9,289 nt of DNA from Selaginella moellendorffii (lineage: Eukaryota; Plantae; Lycopodiophyta), in assembly GCF_000143415.4 (NCBI RefSeq), contig NW_003314610.1, forward strand, positions 1 to 9,289, read 5' to 3'. Both the position numbers and the translations under genes were made by a program. A model generated the notes under the pieces. It was not told where the DNA came from. It did not search any database and saw only the letters and a program-made list of their open reading frames with translations. Shown in pieces: positions 7,900 through 9,289 of the stretch (position 1 is the stretch's first letter; the number at the start of each line of letters is the position of its first letter).

Positions 7900-8119
7900 C
7901 ATCCAAGGCGTCGTTGCCCTCACAAAGAACAGCTTCGGTCAAATCCCGGAGAAGAATCCAGTACCGTGGATCCTCGCATGTTCACGAGATCCTGCGCAAG
8001 ACCATTGTCTGCTGGATAGCTCTCACGCAAGTTTCAACTTGAGCGCCGCCAGGAGCATGTTTGAGAGCATGAAGATGCGCACCTTGGTTTCCTGGACCAC
8101 CAACGCTCAAAACGCTTGA
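7900..8119 (+). pseudogene. PLS-class PPR remnant
   Basis: SFGQIPEKNPVPW, KTIVCW and NLSAARSMFESMKMRTLVSWTTNAQNA* (8036-8119). Confidence 0.8.
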
Positions 8120-8128
8120 AGGACAAAA

Positions 8129-8846
8129 TCAGGAGTCAGAACCATACTCAGGTGCTTCAATCCCTTTCGAAAGCTCCACAGTCAGACCGTTTGCTTCTAC
8201 ATCCCAAAGAAACCAGGGGATACCTCCAAACCATTCAAACGCCATTTCAGCAGCATTCACTCTCTGTGTTATCTCTTTGGCTTCTTCCGATCCACTCTCG
8301 TAGTCTGTCACGCGTTTCCTCCAAGAAGACACAAGAGCATCGTACTCGTGCTTTTCCCACGCAGGCAGATAGCGAGTGAACGTTGTCCGCTTGGCTTTTC
8401 TGACATTGAACTCGTCTGGTGATGACGCAGCAACAAGGGTTTTATTTCCAACCATCCGCCCCAAGTCCACTCACAGATCGATGAGATGGTATCTACTTTG
8501 CTGTCCAGCACAATCTCCTGAGGGAAGTCTTCTCTATTCACCACCCTGAGCTTTGTTACCCTTGAACATCAAAACAGTCGCTCTGAGATCATGACCGGAA
8601 GTACCAGACGAATGCAGATTTACCAACCCCCGAATTTCCATTCAAATGGCAGCACAACATCCACATGAACGGCACCAGGATCTTCCTGATCTCTTTGTAC
8701 AACCCATCGAATATCTCCTTCACGTACAGCTTCAGAATATTGCTGTGGAATGTGGTCAGACGAGCACCTTGAGCAAGAAATTTCATCCGTTCCAGATGGA
8801 ACATTGATCCACCATGCCTGCTGAGATCTCCTAACATAGACTGCAT
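8129..8846 (-). pseudogene. Crinkler/RHS-type (CR) P-loop NTPase pseudogene
   Basis: Ordered motifs: KLYVKEIFDGLY; Walker A GNSGVGKS (8616-8639) followed by AFVWYF; Walker-B-like YHLID (8477-8491); TLVAASSPD; YLPAWEKHE; FGGIP. Stops at 8589-8591 and 8471-8473, with frameshifts between them. Confidence 0.75.
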
Positions 8847-8958
8847 GTTCCCACAGGAGGCAAAGCATATTATTGTACGTTTTAATTGAAAAGCATTTAG
8901 CTCAATGAGCTCAACTCCTTAAAATGGACATTCCAACAATGGCCTAATCTTCATTATT

Positions 8959-9038
8959 GAGCTTAGTCCTGGGTTCATTTTAAAAGATTGTAACCGAGCT
9001 TAGTCTTTGTACTGTGGGTTCCTTGTAAAAGATTGTAA
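8959..9038 (+). repeat. Imperfect tandem duplication (35-43 bp units)
   Basis: gagcttagtc...tgggttc.tt.taaaagattgtaa at 8959-8993 and 8996-9038. Confidence 0.85.
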
Positions 9039-9289
9039 TTAGAAGCTCTATTAGCTAAAAGAGTGATGGAATCACAAGGAATCCAATCACTGTGGCGTTC
9101 TTCAGGCCACTTTAGCACACGACAATGACATCCTCAATGTTAACAATCCACCTTGCGTGTACTAGTGCTCCACGATCGGGCAAGCCTCTGCATAGGTTCA
9201 TCATTTGGCAAGGAGCCCCACGTAGCTACATGTTATAACTTATGCTCTAGCATTCTTGAGGCCAGTTTCGTCCTACTAGATGGTACATC

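Overview
Eukaryotic, land-plant-type DNA. Very short introns (52-65 bp) and several decayed PLS-class PPR genes suggest a compact-genome plant such as Selaginella; this is inference. Bases 1-2664 are one apparently non-coding mobile-element-like block ending in a 225-bp LTR-like segment (TGTAAC...GTTACA, 2440-2664). It is built largely of back-to-back short stem-loops of unrelated sequence and carries a 12/11-bp plus 6-bp minisatellite (1171-1660). Its right end falls exactly where homology to a duplicated host segment begins (2664-2964 vs 5760-6069; a third diverged copy lies at about 4078-4289). The rest is a pseudogene-rich region. It holds a START/SRPBCC-like gene on the minus strand with four clean 3' exons and a decayed 5' half, three PPR remnants, a small TIR-bounded element carrying Pol III A/B boxes, and a frameshifted Crinkler/RHS-type P-loop NTPase. 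A possible degenerate hammerhead core lies at the right edge.
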